A stretch of DNA of 63,561 nucleotides. It comes from an uncultured Pelagibacteraceae bacterium. GTDB taxonomy: Bacteria; Pseudomonadota; Alphaproteobacteria; Pelagibacterales; Pelagibacteraceae. Each line of letters starts with the position of its first letter. Within the stretch, counting starts at the first letter, position 1. The position numbers were made by a program, and so were the translations under genes. The stretch is taken from the NCBI GenBank assembly GCA_902597555.1, contig CACJYE010000001.1, positions 1-63,561 of the forward strand, read 5' to 3'. The notes under the pieces are model-generated. The model had not been told where the DNA came from. It saw only the letters and a program-made list of their open reading frames with translations, and did no database searches. Below are positions 22,269-33,051 of this stretch, piece after piece.

Positions 22269-23191
22269 ATTTTTAGACTCTCAACATCACTTTGATTATT
22301 AATTGTATCAATTTTCACATTTCTGTTAATTCTTTTTATCAAACCTGACAAAACTTTCCCAGGTCCGATTTCTATAAAATGGTTTACATCATTTTCTATC
22401 ATATTAATAACGCTTTCTCTCCATCTAACTCTATTCTCTATTTGCTTAATCAGTAGATTTTTAAGCTCATCTAGATCTTTTATTTCATTAGCGGTAACAT
22501 TTGAAATTAATTTATTTTGTCCATTTTTAAAATTGAGTTTATTTAACTCTTCTGTCATTATTTTTGTTGCATTATTCATCAAATCACAGTGGAATGGTGC
22601 ACTTACAGGAAGTTTAATATTCTTTATTGAATTATCCTTTAAAATTTGAATTAACTTTTCTAAATCTTCTGTTTTTCCACTCAAAACTATTTGACCTTCA
22701 GAATTGTCATTTGCTATTTGTGCTTTTAAATTTTCTTGATTTTCTATCAAAATCTTTTCAATCTCATCAACTGTTGAGCCTAATACCGCAACCATTCCTC
22801 CCTGGCCTTTTGGCACAGAGTTTTGCATAGCATCTCCTCTGACTCTTAATATTTTTAAAGTATCTGAAAAATTCAAATATCCTGCACATGATAAAGCTGA
22901 ATATTCACCTAAAGAGTGTCCAGCAAAGTATCTGGCTTTATTTAAATCTAATTTGAATTCATTTTTTGCTACTTTAAATATTGAGTAACTTATTAAAAAT
23001 ATTGCTGGTTGTGTGTTAACTGTTAAATCTAATTCTTCCTTTGGTCCTTCTAAAATAAGCTTAGATATAGAAAAATTTAGTGTATCATCAGCCTGCTGAA
23101 AAAACTCTTTTACAATATTAAATTTATCATAAAACTCCTTTCCCATTCCCACTATTTGAGATCCTTGACCTGGAAAAATTACTGAAAACAT
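22265..23191 (-). CDS. fabD: Malonyl-CoA:ACP transacylase
   Basis: FPGQGSQ, GHSLGEY, VSAPFH and EIGPGKVL motifs. Confidence 0.98.
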   Translation of the reverse strand: MFSVIFPGQGSQIVGMGKEFYDKFNIVKEFFQQADDTLNFSISKLILEGPKEELDLTVNTQPAIFLISYSIFKVAKNEFKLDLNKARYFAGHSLGEYSALSCAGYLNFSDTLKILRVRGDAMQNSVPKGQGGMVAVLGSTVDEIEKILIENQENLKAQIANDNSEGQIVLSGKTEDLEKLIQILKDNSIKNIKLPVSAPFHCDLMNNATKIMTEELNKLNFKNGQNKLISNVTANEIKDLDELKNLLIKQIENRVRWRESVINMIENDVNHFIEIGPGKVLSGLIKRINRNVKIDTINNQSDVESLKI

Positions 23192-23278
23192 ATAAAAAAA
23201 ACTAATATTTTTGCCTTTTTAACTATTGTAATTGAACTTTTATAATAGTATATCCTCACTTTTTATTAAAGAACTTAA

Positions 23279-23632
23279 ATGAATTTATACGAACATACTA
23301 TTATAGCTAGGCAAGATACTTCACCAAGTGAATTAAAGCAACTAACAGAAAAATATTCTAAAATTGTTGAAAAAAATGACGGTGAAGTTGTTAAAACTGA
23401 AAACTGGGGATTAATAAATTTATCTTATCTTATTAAAAAGAATAAAAAAGGAAGTTACATACACTTTAAAATAAAAGGTAAAGGAAATGTAATTCATGAG
23501 TTAGAAAAAAATGAAGCTATAGACAAAAAATTACTAAGATACCTAACAGTTAGAGTAAAAAAATTTGATTTAAAAACAAACTATTTTGGAAAAAAAGAAG
23601 ATAGTGGAAAAAAAGAAAGTGTTAAAAACTAA
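23279..23632 (+). CDS. rpsF: 30S ribosomal protein S6
   Basis: [20 protein letters not shown] and LLRYL; S6-S18-L9 order. Confidence 0.95.
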   Translation: MNLYEHTIIARQDTSPSELKQLTEKYSKIVEKNDGEVVKTENWGLINLSYLIKKNKKGSYIHFKIKGKGNVIHELEKNEAIDKKLLRYLTVRVKKFDLKTNYFGKKEDSGKKESVKN

Positions 23633-23904
23633 TGCCCAAAAGACAAAGTGGAAACAAAAAAGGTAGACAAAGTAACTTTGCAAAATTAAGTATTTTTCAA
23701 CCAAATAAATATAGATTTAAAAAAACTTGTCCATTATCCGTCAAGGGTGCTCCAGAAGTAGACTATAAAAATATTAAATTATTAAAAAAATATGTGTCTG
23801 AGAATGGTAAAATTTTACCTTCAAGAATAACAAATGTATCTCAAAAGAAACAAAGAGAACTTTCCCTTTCAATTAAAAGGGCTAGAAATTTGGCGCTAAT
23901 ATAG
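23632..23904 (+). CDS. rpsR: 30S ribosomal protein S18
   Basis: [36 protein letters not shown]. Confidence 0.97.
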   Translation: MPKRQSGNKKGRQSNFAKLSIFQPNKYRFKKTCPLSVKGAPEVDYKNIKLLKKYVSENGKILPSRITNVSQKKQRELSLSIKRARNLALI

Positions 23905-23905
23905 A

Positions 23906-24364
23906 ATGAAAGTAATTTTATTAGAAAACGTAAAAAGGATTGGATCTATTGGTGAAGTAATAGATGTAAAAAGAGGTTTTGCTAGAAATTTTTTAATTGC
24001 AAATAAAAAAGCTCTCTATGCCTCAAAAGAAAACATTAAAGAAGTTGAAAAAATAAAAGCCGAATTATCTAAAAAAGATAACGAAAAGAAAAAAGAAGCG
24101 TCTCAAATAGCTGAAAAAATCAATGGTAAAGTATATACTGTAAAAAAACTAAGCACAGAAAATAATGAACTATATGGTTCAGTAAAACCAACTGAAATTT
24201 CAAAACTTATTCAAGTAGAAAACAAAATTGATATAAAGCCCTCAATGATACAACCAGTTGAAGAAATAAAAGCTTTGGGTAAGTTTAAAGTTAAAATTTC
24301 TTTACACTCAGAAGTTGATGCTGAAATTAGTATTAATGTTTCCTCAGCTGATACAATTCAATAA
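23906..24364 (+). CDS. rplI: 50S ribosomal protein L9
   Basis: MKVILLENV..G..GEVIDVKRGFARNFL and LYGSV. Confidence 0.97.
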   Translation: MKVILLENVKRIGSIGEVIDVKRGFARNFLIANKKALYASKENIKEVEKIKAELSKKDNEKKKEASQIAEKINGKVYTVKKLSTENNELYGSVKPTEISKLIQVENKIDIKPSMIQPVEEIKALGKFKVKISLHSEVDAEISINVSSADTIQ

Positions 24365-24432
24365 TTATACATTCTTTTCCCCAGTATCAATTTATAATTT
24401 TATTTGATTGATTTTCATGTAAATTTGTTCTG

Positions 24433-25851
24433 ATGGAAAACAATCTAAGTATTGTCAAAGATCAGTTTAAAGAATTACCAAATAACATTGAAGCTGAACA
24501 AGCTGTAATAGGGTCTATTCTTGTAAGTAATGATATTTTTGATGAAATAAATACAATAATTTCTAGCACTAACTTTTATGATCCAATGCATCAAAAAATA
24601 TTTGAAGCAGTAGAGAGCCTTATCTATAAAGGAATGTTAGCTAACCCAATTACACTAAAAAGTTATTTTGAAGATGAAAAAGATGATCTAAATGTTCCAG
24701 AATACTTAGTTAAGATAACAAAGTTTTCTACATCAGTAAGGCAGGCTATAGAATATTCAAAAATAATTTACGATATGTTTGTACGTAGAGAATTAATAAA
24801 AATTTCAGAACAGACTATTGATAATGCAAAAATAAATGATATTGAAATTAACGGACAATCCATAATCGAAAGTTCTGAAAGATTATTATTCGATTTAGCT
24901 GAAAAAGGTTCCTTCAACTCTTCTTTGGTAAAATTTGATGAAGCAATGAAGCAAACAATTGAGATGGCTTCAGCAGCTTATAAAAATGAGGAAGGTATAG
25001 TTGGTGTTCCAACTGGTTTAAGAGATTTAGATGATAAGCTTGGAGGTTTACATCAATCAGATTTAATTATTATTGCTGGTCGACCATCTATGGGTAAAAC
25101 CTCTCTAGCAACAAATATTGCATTCAACGCTGCTCAGAAATTACAGGAGAGTGGTAAGAAATCATCCATAGCTTTCTTTTCACTTGAAATGTCTTCTGAA
25201 CAATTGTCTACAAGAATTATTTCTGAACAAGCAAGAATAAGTTCTAATGATATTAGAAGAGGAAGAATATCTGATGACCAGTTTGATAAGTTTTTAGAAA
25301 CATCAAAAAATATCTCTGAACTGCCACTTTATATAGATGAAACTCCAGCAATAAGTATTGCTGCTCTGAGCAATAGAGCAAGACGTATTAAAAGGCTTTT
25401 TGGTCTTGATATGATAGTGGTTGATTACATCCAATTAATGAGAGGTACTACTTTTAATAAAGATGGAAGAGTTCAAGAAATTTCACAAATTACGCAAGGA
25501 CTTAAGGCAATAGCTAAAGAACTTTCTGTTCCTGTTGTGGCTCTTTCACAATTATCAAGACAAGTAGAGCAAAGAGATGATCACAAGCCTCAATTAGCAG
25601 ACTTAAGAGAATCTGGCTCTATTGAGCAAGATGCTGATGTTGTAATGTTTGTTTATAGAGAGGGATATTATTTACAGAGAAAAGAACCAAGAGAGGCGAC
25701 AGTGGAACATGCAGAATGGCAAGCAAAAATGAATGAGGTTGCACATTTAGCTCAAATTATAATTGGAAAACAAAGACATGGTCCCATCGGCAATGTAACT
25801 CTAGAATTTGAGGAAAGATTTACAAAATTTAAGGATACTCAATCAAGTTAA
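24433..25851 (+). CDS. dnaB: Replicative DNA helicase
   Basis: AGRPSMGKT, FSLEMS, DYIQL, LSQLSR, DLRESGSIEQDAD and KQRHGP motifs; no intein. Confidence 0.98.
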   Translation: MENNLSIVKDQFKELPNNIEAEQAVIGSILVSNDIFDEINTIISSTNFYDPMHQKIFEAVESLIYKGMLANPITLKSYFEDEKDDLNVPEYLVKITKFSTSVRQAIEYSKIIYDMFVRRELIKISEQTIDNAKINDIEINGQSIIESSERLLFDLAEKGSFNSSLVKFDEAMKQTIEMASAAYKNEEGIVGVPTGLRDLDDKLGGLHQSDLIIIAGRPSMGKTSLATNIAFNAAQKLQESGKKSSIAFFSLEMSSEQLSTRIISEQARISSNDIRRGRISDDQFDKFLETSKNISELPLYIDETPAISIAALSNRARRIKRLFGLDMIVVDYIQLMRGTTFNKDGRVQEISQITQGLKAIAKELSVPVVALSQLSRQVEQRDDHKPQLADLRESGSIEQDADVVMFVYREGYYLQRKEPREATVEHAEWQAKMNEVAHLAQIIIGKQRHGPIGNVTLEFEERFTKFKDTQSS

Positions 25852-25872
25852 ATTCCAATATAAAGAGCTTGA

Positions 25873-28263
25873 ATGATAGCTCATTTTTATCAAAACGTTA
25901 TCCTAAAAAATCCCAAAACAATATTTGTATTGTTAATTATTGCTATTTTAAGTTTTGGATACTATGCAAAAAATTTTAGACTAGATGCTTCATCAGAAAC
26001 CTTATTGATAGATGGTGACCCAGATTTAGCATATTTGAAAGAAGTCTCTGAAAGATATGGATCTAATGAATTTTTAATTCTTACCTATACGCCAAATGAG
26101 GGAATGGTAACTGACTCATCAATTAATAATTTATTAAGTTTAAAATATAAAATTCAGAGCCTAAACTGGGTCCATAGTGTAATTACATTATTAGATATTC
26201 CTCTTTTAAATAACTCTGATGCTTCCCTTCAGGAAAGACTAGAAAGCTTCAAAACATTAAAAGATGAAGATGTTGATAGAAATAGGGGTTTTAAAGAAAT
26301 TTTAAATAGCCCTGTTTTTAGAAATTATGTCATAAGTGAAGACGGTAAAACTAGTGGGATTATTGTTAACATTAAACAGTCTCAAAAATTAGAAGATATA
26401 GCAAATAAATCAAAAAAAGAAGTGGAGCAAATCAAAGATCAAATAAAAAAACAAAACCATCAGAATATTTTAGAAATTAGACAAGTTATTCAAAGTTATG
26501 GTGACGTTGGAAAGATTTATCTTGGAGGAATACCAATGATTGCTGATGATATGATGACTTTTATCAAAAGCGATATAATTGTTTTTGGTTTAGGTGTTCT
26601 ATTATTTATAATTGCTACTTTATGGTTTGTTTTTAGAAATCTTCTTTGGATTGTAGTTCCTATAAGCAGTTGTCTTTTTTCAGTGATAATTATGATGGGG
26701 TTACTTGGATTACTTGGATGGAAAGTTACAGTTATCTCATCGAATTTTATTGCACTGATGTTAATTTTAACAATGGCAATGAATATTCATATGAGTACTA
26801 GGTTTCTTCAGCTTAAAAAAGATTTTCCATCAAAAAATAATTTTGAAATTATTTCCTTAACAACTTCAAAAATGTTTTGGCCAATTCTTTATACTGTTCT
26901 AACAACAATTTTCGCTTTCTTATCTTTAATTTTTAGTCAAATAAAACCTATTATTGACTTTGGTTGGATGATGACTTTTGGGTTAATCACATCATTTATA
27001 GTTACATTTACTCTACTTCCTACCCTTTTAAACTTTGCACCCACAAATAATATTTCAGTTAAAAAAGAACAAAAATCTAAAATTACAAATTTACTTGGTC
27101 TAATTTCTCTTAATAATAAAAACTTTATCTTCTTGGTAAGTGGAATAGTTATAATATTCAGTGTTATTGGAATTAGTAAGCTTGAAGTTGAAAATAGTTT
27201 TATAAATTACTTTGATAAGAATACCGAAATTTATAAAGGTATGAAACTTATAGATGAAGAACTGGGTGGAACCACACCTTTAGAGGTTATTATAAAATTT
27301 CCGAAGAAAGAAAAGGTAAAAAAATCTAGGGAAGATGACGAATTTGAAGATTGGGGCGAAGAAGAAGATACTAATGATGAAAAATATTGGTTTACCAAAG
27401 ATAAAATTGATCTAATTTCATCTATTCATAATTACTTAGATAGCTTACCTGAAATTGGCAAAGTTCTCTCTTTTTCGTCTATTATTGAGGTAGCTACTCA
27501 ATTAAATAATAATAAGCCTTTAGGTACTTTAGAAATGGGAGTGCTTTACTCTAAAATTCCTGAGAGTATTAAAACTGAAATCATTGATCCTTATCTTTCA
27601 ATCAAAGATAATGAGGCTCGAATTAGTTTAAGAATTATAGACTCACAGGAAGATTTAAGAAGAAATGATTTAATTAACAAAATTAATTTTGATTTAAAAG
27701 ATAAATTTGGTTTAGAGGACAAAGATTATAAGCTAGCTGGTGTTTTAATACTATTTAATAATTTATTACAAAGCCTGTTTAAATCTCAAATTTTAACATT
27801 GGGATTAGTTATGATTGGAATATTTTCAATGTTCATAATCTTATTTAGAAATATTAAACTTTCATTGATTGGTGTTGTACCAAATTTTATTGCTGCTTTT
27901 TTTATCTTAGGAATAATTGGATTGTTAGGAATACCTTTAGATATGATGACGATAACTATTGCGGCAATTACAATAGGAATTGCTGTAGATAACAGCATTC
28001 ATTATATTTACAGATATAAAGAAGAGTTTAACAAAATTAAGGATTACAATAAGACATTAAAAACGTGTCATTCAACTGTTGGGGTTGCTATACTTAACAC
28101 TTCAATTACTATTGTTTTTGGATTTTCAATTTTGGTGTTATCGAAGTTTATTCCGACAATTTATTTTGGTGTATTTACTGGACTTGCTATGTTGTTAGCT
28201 ATGATATCTGTATTAACACTGCTTCCTGCATTAATCTTAATTATTAAACCTTTTGGCAAATAA
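25873..28263 (+). CDS. MMPL/RND-superfamily transporter
   Basis: Two repeats of periplasmic domain plus TM bundle; GIAVDNSIH motif. Confidence 0.9.
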   Translation: MIAHFYQNVILKNPKTIFVLLIIAILSFGYYAKNFRLDASSETLLIDGDPDLAYLKEVSERYGSNEFLILTYTPNEGMVTDSSINNLLSLKYKIQSLNWVHSVITLLDIPLLNNSDASLQERLESFKTLKDEDVDRNRGFKEILNSPVFRNYVISEDGKTSGIIVNIKQSQKLEDIANKSKKEVEQIKDQIKKQNHQNILEIRQVIQSYGDVGKIYLGGIPMIADDMMTFIKSDIIVFGLGVLLFIIATLWFVFRNLLWIVVPISSCLFSVIIMMGLLGLLGWKVTVISSNFIALMLILTMAMNIHMSTRFLQLKKDFPSKNNFEIISLTTSKMFWPILYTVLTTIFAFLSLIFSQIKPIIDFGWMMTFGLITSFIVTFTLLPTLLNFAPTNNISVKKEQKSKITNLLGLISLNNKNFIFLVSGIVIIFSVIGISKLEVENSFINYFDKNTEIYKGMKLIDEELGGTTPLEVIIKFPKKEKVKKSREDDEFEDWGEEEDTNDEKYWFTKDKIDLISSIHNYLDSLPEIGKVLSFSSIIEVATQLNNNKPLGTLEMGVLYSKIPESIKTEIIDPYLSIKDNEARISLRIIDSQEDLRRNDLINKINFDLKDKFGLEDKDYKLAGVLILFNNLLQSLFKSQILTLGLVMIGIFSMFIILFRNIKLSLIGVVPNFIAAFFILGIIGLLGIPLDMMTITIAAITIGIAVDNSIHYIYRYKEEFNKIKDYNKTLKTCHSTVGVAILNTSITIVFGFSILVLSKFIPTIYFGVFTGLAMLLAMISVLTLLPALILIIKPFGK

Positions 28264-28268
28264 TCGTA

Positions 28269-28814
28269 ATGTTAGAAATCATAAAAGATTTTTATAAAGC
28301 AATATCAATAATTGATTTAATTTATTTAATTTTAACAATTCTTTCTTTGATAAATTGTTACAAAAAGGGCTTCATTTTAAGTATTCTCTCGATGGCTAAA
28401 TGGTTGCTGGCATACATTATTACACTAATTTTATTTCCAAAAATTAAACCATATATAAAAGACATAATTGATAATGAGTATGTGCTCGATGTTAGTTTGG
28501 GAATAGTAATATTTGTGGTTGTTATCTTTTTGGTTCTATTAGTTAATAAAGGAATAAGCAAAGCAGTTAGATATACAGGAATCGGTGGCTTAGATACAAC
28601 ATTTGGATTCTTTTTTGGTTTTATAAGAGCTTACATTATTTCTGTTTGTATATTTTCAGGTGCTCATATCGTTTATAATTATGATAAATGGCCAATAAAT
28701 TTTGACAAATCATACGTCTTTCCATATTTAGAAAAAGGTAGTAGTTATTTGATAAAAGAATTTCCTAATGAAAAAACATATCAAGATTCTAAAGAAAAAA
28801 TTAAAGACCTATAA
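28269..28814 (+). CDS. cvpA: CvpA-family membrane protein
   Basis: IDLI..., KKGF, LDTTFGFFFGFIRA; directly upstream of purF. Confidence 0.9.
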   Translation: MLEIIKDFYKAISIIDLIYLILTILSLINCYKKGFILSILSMAKWLLAYIITLILFPKIKPYIKDIIDNEYVLDVSLGIVIFVVVIFLVLLVNKGISKAVRYTGIGGLDTTFGFFFGFIRAYIISVCIFSGAHIVYNYDKWPINFDKSYVFPYLEKGSSYLIKEFPNEKTYQDSKEKIKDL

Positions 28815-30249
28815 TCCAAGATTAAAGGAAGAGTGTGGGGTTTTTGGCATAAGTAATGCAAAAGATGCTTCAGCTTTAACAGCGCTTGGACTGCATGCTC
28901 TACAACACAGAGGTCAAGAAGGCTGTGGTATAGTCACCTTTGATGGGGAAAAATATTACTCTGAGAAAAGATTTGGTTTAGTTGGAGACAATTTCAACAA
29001 AGAAAAAGTACTTAACAATCTTAAGGGAAATTATGCAATTGGCCATAACAGATATAGTACAACCGGAAATAATATATTAAGAAATATACAGCCTTTTTTT
29101 GCTGACACTAATGCAGGTGGTATTGGAGTTGCTCATAACGGAAATCTTACTAATTCAATATCATTAAGAAAAAAATTAGTAGAAGAAGGAGCAATATTTT
29201 ATACTACTTCAGATACTGAAACGATCGTTCAACTAATTGCTAAATCAAAAAGACCCAAAACAATTGATAAAGTTATTGATGCAATTTTTCAAATTCAAGG
29301 TGGTTATGCTTTGGTAATGCTAACTCAAAACTCATTGATTGGGGTAAGAGACCCTTATGGAATCAGGCCACTAGTTGTTGGTAAACTTGGAAGTAGTTAT
29401 GTTCTTGCATCCGAAACTTGTGCGTTCGACATTATTGGTGCAAAATTTATTAGAGAGGTTGAGCACGGTGAAATAGTATTAATTGAAAAAAATGAATTAA
29501 AAAGTATTAAGCCTTTTCCTCTTAAAAAAGTAAGACCATGTGTCTTTGAATATATTTATTTTTCAAGACCTGATAGCTTGATTGGAGGCAAAACAGCTTA
29601 TGAACACAGAAAAAACCTAGGTAGAGAGCTTGCAAAAGAAAATAAAATCGATGCAGATATTGTGGTTCCAGTACCAGATTCTGGAAATGCTGCTGCTATG
29701 GGTTTTGCTCAAGAATTAAAAATGAATTTTGAACATGGATTAATTAGAAATCATTATGTTGGAAGAACTTTTATTGAACCAAGCCAGAAAATAAGAAGTT
29801 TAGGTGTTAAATTAAAACTAAATGCTAATCAATCAACTATTAAAAATAAAAAAATAATTCTAATTGATGACTCACTTGTTAGGGGAACAACGTCTCATAA
29901 AATTGTAAAAATGCTTTATGATGGCGGTGCAAAAGAAGTTCATGTTAAGATTGCATGTCCTGAAATAAGATACCCAGATTTCTATGGAGTAGATACGCCA
30001 ACAAAAAAAGAATTATTGGCTGCAAACAAAACTAATGATGAAATTTGTAAATATATCGGTGCCAAATCTCTAAGTTTTTTATCAATAGATGGATTATATA
30101 AAGCAATAGGTTTTGAAAATAGAAGCAAAATTTATCCACAATTAACAGATCATTATTTTACAGGTGATTATCCAGTAAAATTGGTTGATGAGTTAGGAGA
30201 CAATAAAATTACTCAATTATCATTATTGAGTTCAGCATCAAATAATTAA
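28768..30249 (+). CDS. purF: Amidophosphoribosyltransferase
   Basis: EECGVFG, LQHRGQE, GHNRYST, VPVPDSG and DDSLVRGTT motifs. Confidence 0.98.
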   Translation: MKKHIKILKKKLKTYNPRLKEECGVFGISNAKDASALTALGLHALQHRGQEGCGIVTFDGEKYYSEKRFGLVGDNFNKEKVLNNLKGNYAIGHNRYSTTGNNILRNIQPFFADTNAGGIGVAHNGNLTNSISLRKKLVEEGAIFYTTSDTETIVQLIAKSKRPKTIDKVIDAIFQIQGGYALVMLTQNSLIGVRDPYGIRPLVVGKLGSSYVLASETCAFDIIGAKFIREVEHGEIVLIEKNELKSIKPFPLKKVRPCVFEYIYFSRPDSLIGGKTAYEHRKNLGRELAKENKIDADIVVPVPDSGNAAAMGFAQELKMNFEHGLIRNHYVGRTFIEPSQKIRSLGVKLKLNANQSTIKNKKIILIDDSLVRGTTSHKIVKMLYDGGAKEVHVKIACPEIRYPDFYGVDTPTKKELLAANKTNDEICKYIGAKSLSFLSIDGLYKAIGFENRSKIYPQLTDHYFTGDYPVKLVDELGDNKITQLSLLSSASNN

Positions 30250-30252
30250 ACT

Positions 30253-30810
30253 ATGAAAACAGTTAAATTTACTAAAATGAAAAATGGTAATAAAGATGAC
30301 TATCAACTTTTAGAAAAACTAGAAAAGAAATTCGAAAGACAAACCGCAGATAGAATTCTTAGTTATTTGAGCAAACAGACTTCAACTTTAGAAGGTTACA
30401 AAATTAGTAGACTAGAACATTCTTTACAGGCTGCAACAAGAGCTTTTAAAAATAAAGAAAGTGATGAAATGATTGTTGCAACTTTACTACATGATATTGG
30501 AGACGATTTAGCACCAATGAATCATTCTCAATATGCTGCATCCATACTTAGACCTTATGTTTCAGAAAAAACCTATTGGATTATTCTACACCATGGTCTT
30601 TTTCAAACTTATTACAGTGCTCATCATTTAGGTGGTGATAGAAATGCAAGAGATAAATTTAAAGACCACAAATATTATCAAGACACCATAGATTTTTGTG
30701 AAAAATATGATCAATGCTCTTTTGACCCTGATTATAAAAGTATGACTTTGGATGATTTTAAGCCATTAGTTAAAAAAATATTTGCAAAAGAGCCTTATTA
30801 TTATCTTTAA
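30253..30810 (+). CDS. HD-domain protein (PhnZ/MIOX-like diiron subfamily candidate)
   Basis: EHSLQAA...LLHDIGD...NH...HH...D pattern of six His/Asp ligands. Confidence 0.75.
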   Translation: MKTVKFTKMKNGNKDDYQLLEKLEKKFERQTADRILSYLSKQTSTLEGYKISRLEHSLQAATRAFKNKESDEMIVATLLHDIGDDLAPMNHSQYAASILRPYVSEKTYWIILHHGLFQTYYSAHHLGGDRNARDKFKDHKYYQDTIDFCEKYDQCSFDPDYKSMTLDDFKPLVKKIFAKEPYYYL

Positions 30811-30839
30811 ATTTATCTATAAATCACTATTTACAGCGC

Positions 30840-32135
30840 ATGATTGATTCAAAAGAAAAAATTATTAATTATTTTAAGTCAGGTGTTAAAGAGCCTAAAA
30901 ATTTTAAAATTGGGATAGAGCATGAAAAGTTTTTATTTAATACTAGGGACAATAAAAGGATTGATTATTCAAAAATAAAAGAAATGTTTTCAGCCTTACT
31001 TGAATTTGGCTGGAATCCAGTTTTTGAAAAAGAAAATATCATTGCTCTTAATAAAGGTGGTAAAAATATAACTCTTGAACCAGGCAATCAAATAGAATTG
31101 TCTGGAGATAAATTAAATCATATGCACGAAGCTTGTGCAGAGTCACAAGATTATTTATTTGAACTTAAACAGGTGACAAAAAAATTAGATATAAAAATTG
31201 TTAGCGCAGGATTTGATCCTATTTCTAAATTAAATGAAATCCCAGGCAACCCTAAGCAAAGATATGAATTAATGAATAAGGATATGCCTCTAGATGGTGA
31301 GCTTAGTTTAGATATGATGTATCGAACTTGTGGTACTCAATTAAATTTAGATTATAAATCAGAAGAAGATTTTATTAAGAAATTTAGAGTAGCAAACTCA
31401 ATTGTACCCATTGCAATTGCTTTGTTTGCTAATTCATCAATTGTAGAGAAAAAAAATAGCAACTACTTATCTTATAGATCTAAGGTATGGCAAAGTACTT
31501 CAAGAGGTGGATTGCCTAAATTATTTTTTGAAAATATGAATTTTGAAAAATATGCAGATTTTGTAATTAATTTTCCAATATTATTTATACAACATAAAGA
31601 TCAATATATTTCAGGTAGGAAATATATTTTTAAAGATTTTATAAATAGAAAAATACAAGAAATTGGCAATAAACTTCCAACTGAAACAGACTTAACAACT
31701 CACTTAAGTACAATATTTACTGAAAACAGAGTTAAAAAATATATTGAATTGAGATCTATGGATACCTGCGGCTGGGATTGTTTATGTGCGGGACCGGCTT
31801 TCAATATTGGTATGCTTTACGGAAATTTAGATGAAGTTCATGAATTAATTTCAAAATGGGATAAAGACAAAATAATTAATGCCTATTTAGAGGCACCAAA
31901 AAAAGGATTTAATACTCAATTGATGGGTAAAGATCTTCTTTATTGGTCGTCTATACTTTTAGATGTTTCGAGAAAAGGTTTAGAGAACAGAGATATTTTA
32001 AGTAAAAAGGGTAACAACGAGACTGTATTCCTAAAACATCTACAAAAAGTAATTGATAATAAGACAACAAACGCAGATCATATGATTAGTAAATTTTCAA
32101 AAAACGAAAATTTAGATGAATTATATGATAAATAA
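30840..32135 (+). CDS. gshA: Glutamate-cysteine ligase (plant/alphaproteobacterial type)
   Basis: IGIEHEKF, TLEPG.QIELSG, MMYRTCGTQLNLD, ALFANS and YIELRSMD motifs; next to gshB. Confidence 0.95.
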   Translation: MIDSKEKIINYFKSGVKEPKNFKIGIEHEKFLFNTRDNKRIDYSKIKEMFSALLEFGWNPVFEKENIIALNKGGKNITLEPGNQIELSGDKLNHMHEACAESQDYLFELKQVTKKLDIKIVSAGFDPISKLNEIPGNPKQRYELMNKDMPLDGELSLDMMYRTCGTQLNLDYKSEEDFIKKFRVANSIVPIAIALFANSSIVEKKNSNYLSYRSKVWQSTSRGGLPKLFFENMNFEKYADFVINFPILFIQHKDQYISGRKYIFKDFINRKIQEIGNKLPTETDLTTHLSTIFTENRVKKYIELRSMDTCGWDCLCAGPAFNIGMLYGNLDEVHELISKWDKDKIINAYLEAPKKGFNTQLMGKDLLYWSSILLDVSRKGLENRDILSKKGNNETVFLKHLQKVIDNKTTNADHMISKFSKNENLDELYDK

Positions 32136-33051
32136 AATTGTTGCTATTCAAGGAAATCATCCTTCTAAACTAAATCCTTTAACGGATACAAGTGTTTTTT
32201 TAGCAAACGAAATTCAGAACAAAAAATATAAAATTTTCTATTACGATCCAAAAGACTTATCAGTTGTTAATTCAAAAGTTACTGCAAAGGGTTTTTTCAT
32301 TAAATTTAACTACAGCAAAAAAAAATTCTATAAAATCCTTAAAAAAGAAAATCTAGACTTAACAAAATGTAAATTTATTCTTATTCGCCAAGATCCACCA
32401 TTTAATCTTGAATATATTTCAACAACATACATTTTAGATATAATTAAAAACAAAGTTAAAATAATTAATAACCCCACATCTGTTAGAAATATTTCTGAAA
32501 AATTATATTCATCTAAATATCAAAAATACATGCCACCAACAATTTTTACACAAAATATGGATGAAATAAAAAAATTTTTTAAAAAAAATAAAAAGGTAAT
32601 TTTAAAGCCTATTCATAGTTTCAGTGGAAATGATATTCATTTACGTAATAAATTTAATTCAAAATTTATTAATAAATTTATTAAAAAACATGATCATATT
32701 ATGTGCCAAAGATTTATTCCAAGAATAAGCAAGGGAGATAAAAGAATTTTTATTATTAATGGAAAAGTATTCGGTGCAATTTCAAGAGTTCCAAAAAAAG
32801 GATCAATTTTAAGTAATATGAGTAAAGGTGCAAGACCAATTAATATCAAATTAACAAGTAAAGAAATTAAAATTTCAAAAATAATCGCAAAAGACCTAAA
32901 AAAAGAAAATATTTTTTTTGCAGGAATTGATTTTATTGATCAAAAACTTAATGGAGATATTAATGTTACTTCTCCAACTGGACTTAAAACACTCTTTGAA
33001 CTATCAGGAAAAAATTTAGCTAAAACTTTTTGGAAAGAGCTAAAAGCGTGA
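32116..33051 (+). CDS. gshB: Glutathione synthetase
   Basis: DTS, RQDPPFN, NNPTSVRN..EK, GDKRI and INVTSPTG motifs. Confidence 0.95.
   Translation: MNYMINKIVAIQGNHPSKLNPLTDTSVFLANEIQNKKYKIFYYDPKDLSVVNSKVTAKGFFIKFNYSKKKFYKILKKENLDLTKCKFILIRQDPPFNLEYISTTYILDIIKNKVKIINNPTSVRNISEKLYSSKYQKYMPPTIFTQNMDEIKKFFKKNKKVILKPIHSFSGNDIHLRNKFNSKFINKFIKKHDHIMCQRFIPRISKGDKRIFIINGKVFGAISRVPKKGSILSNMSKGARPINIKLTSKEIKISKIIAKDLKKENIFFAGIDFIDQKLNGDINVTSPTGLKTLFELSGKNLAKTFWKELKA

Noticed and set aside
24433-25851. Intein in DnaB
   Set aside because: The length is normal (472 aa) and the helicase motifs are contiguous.
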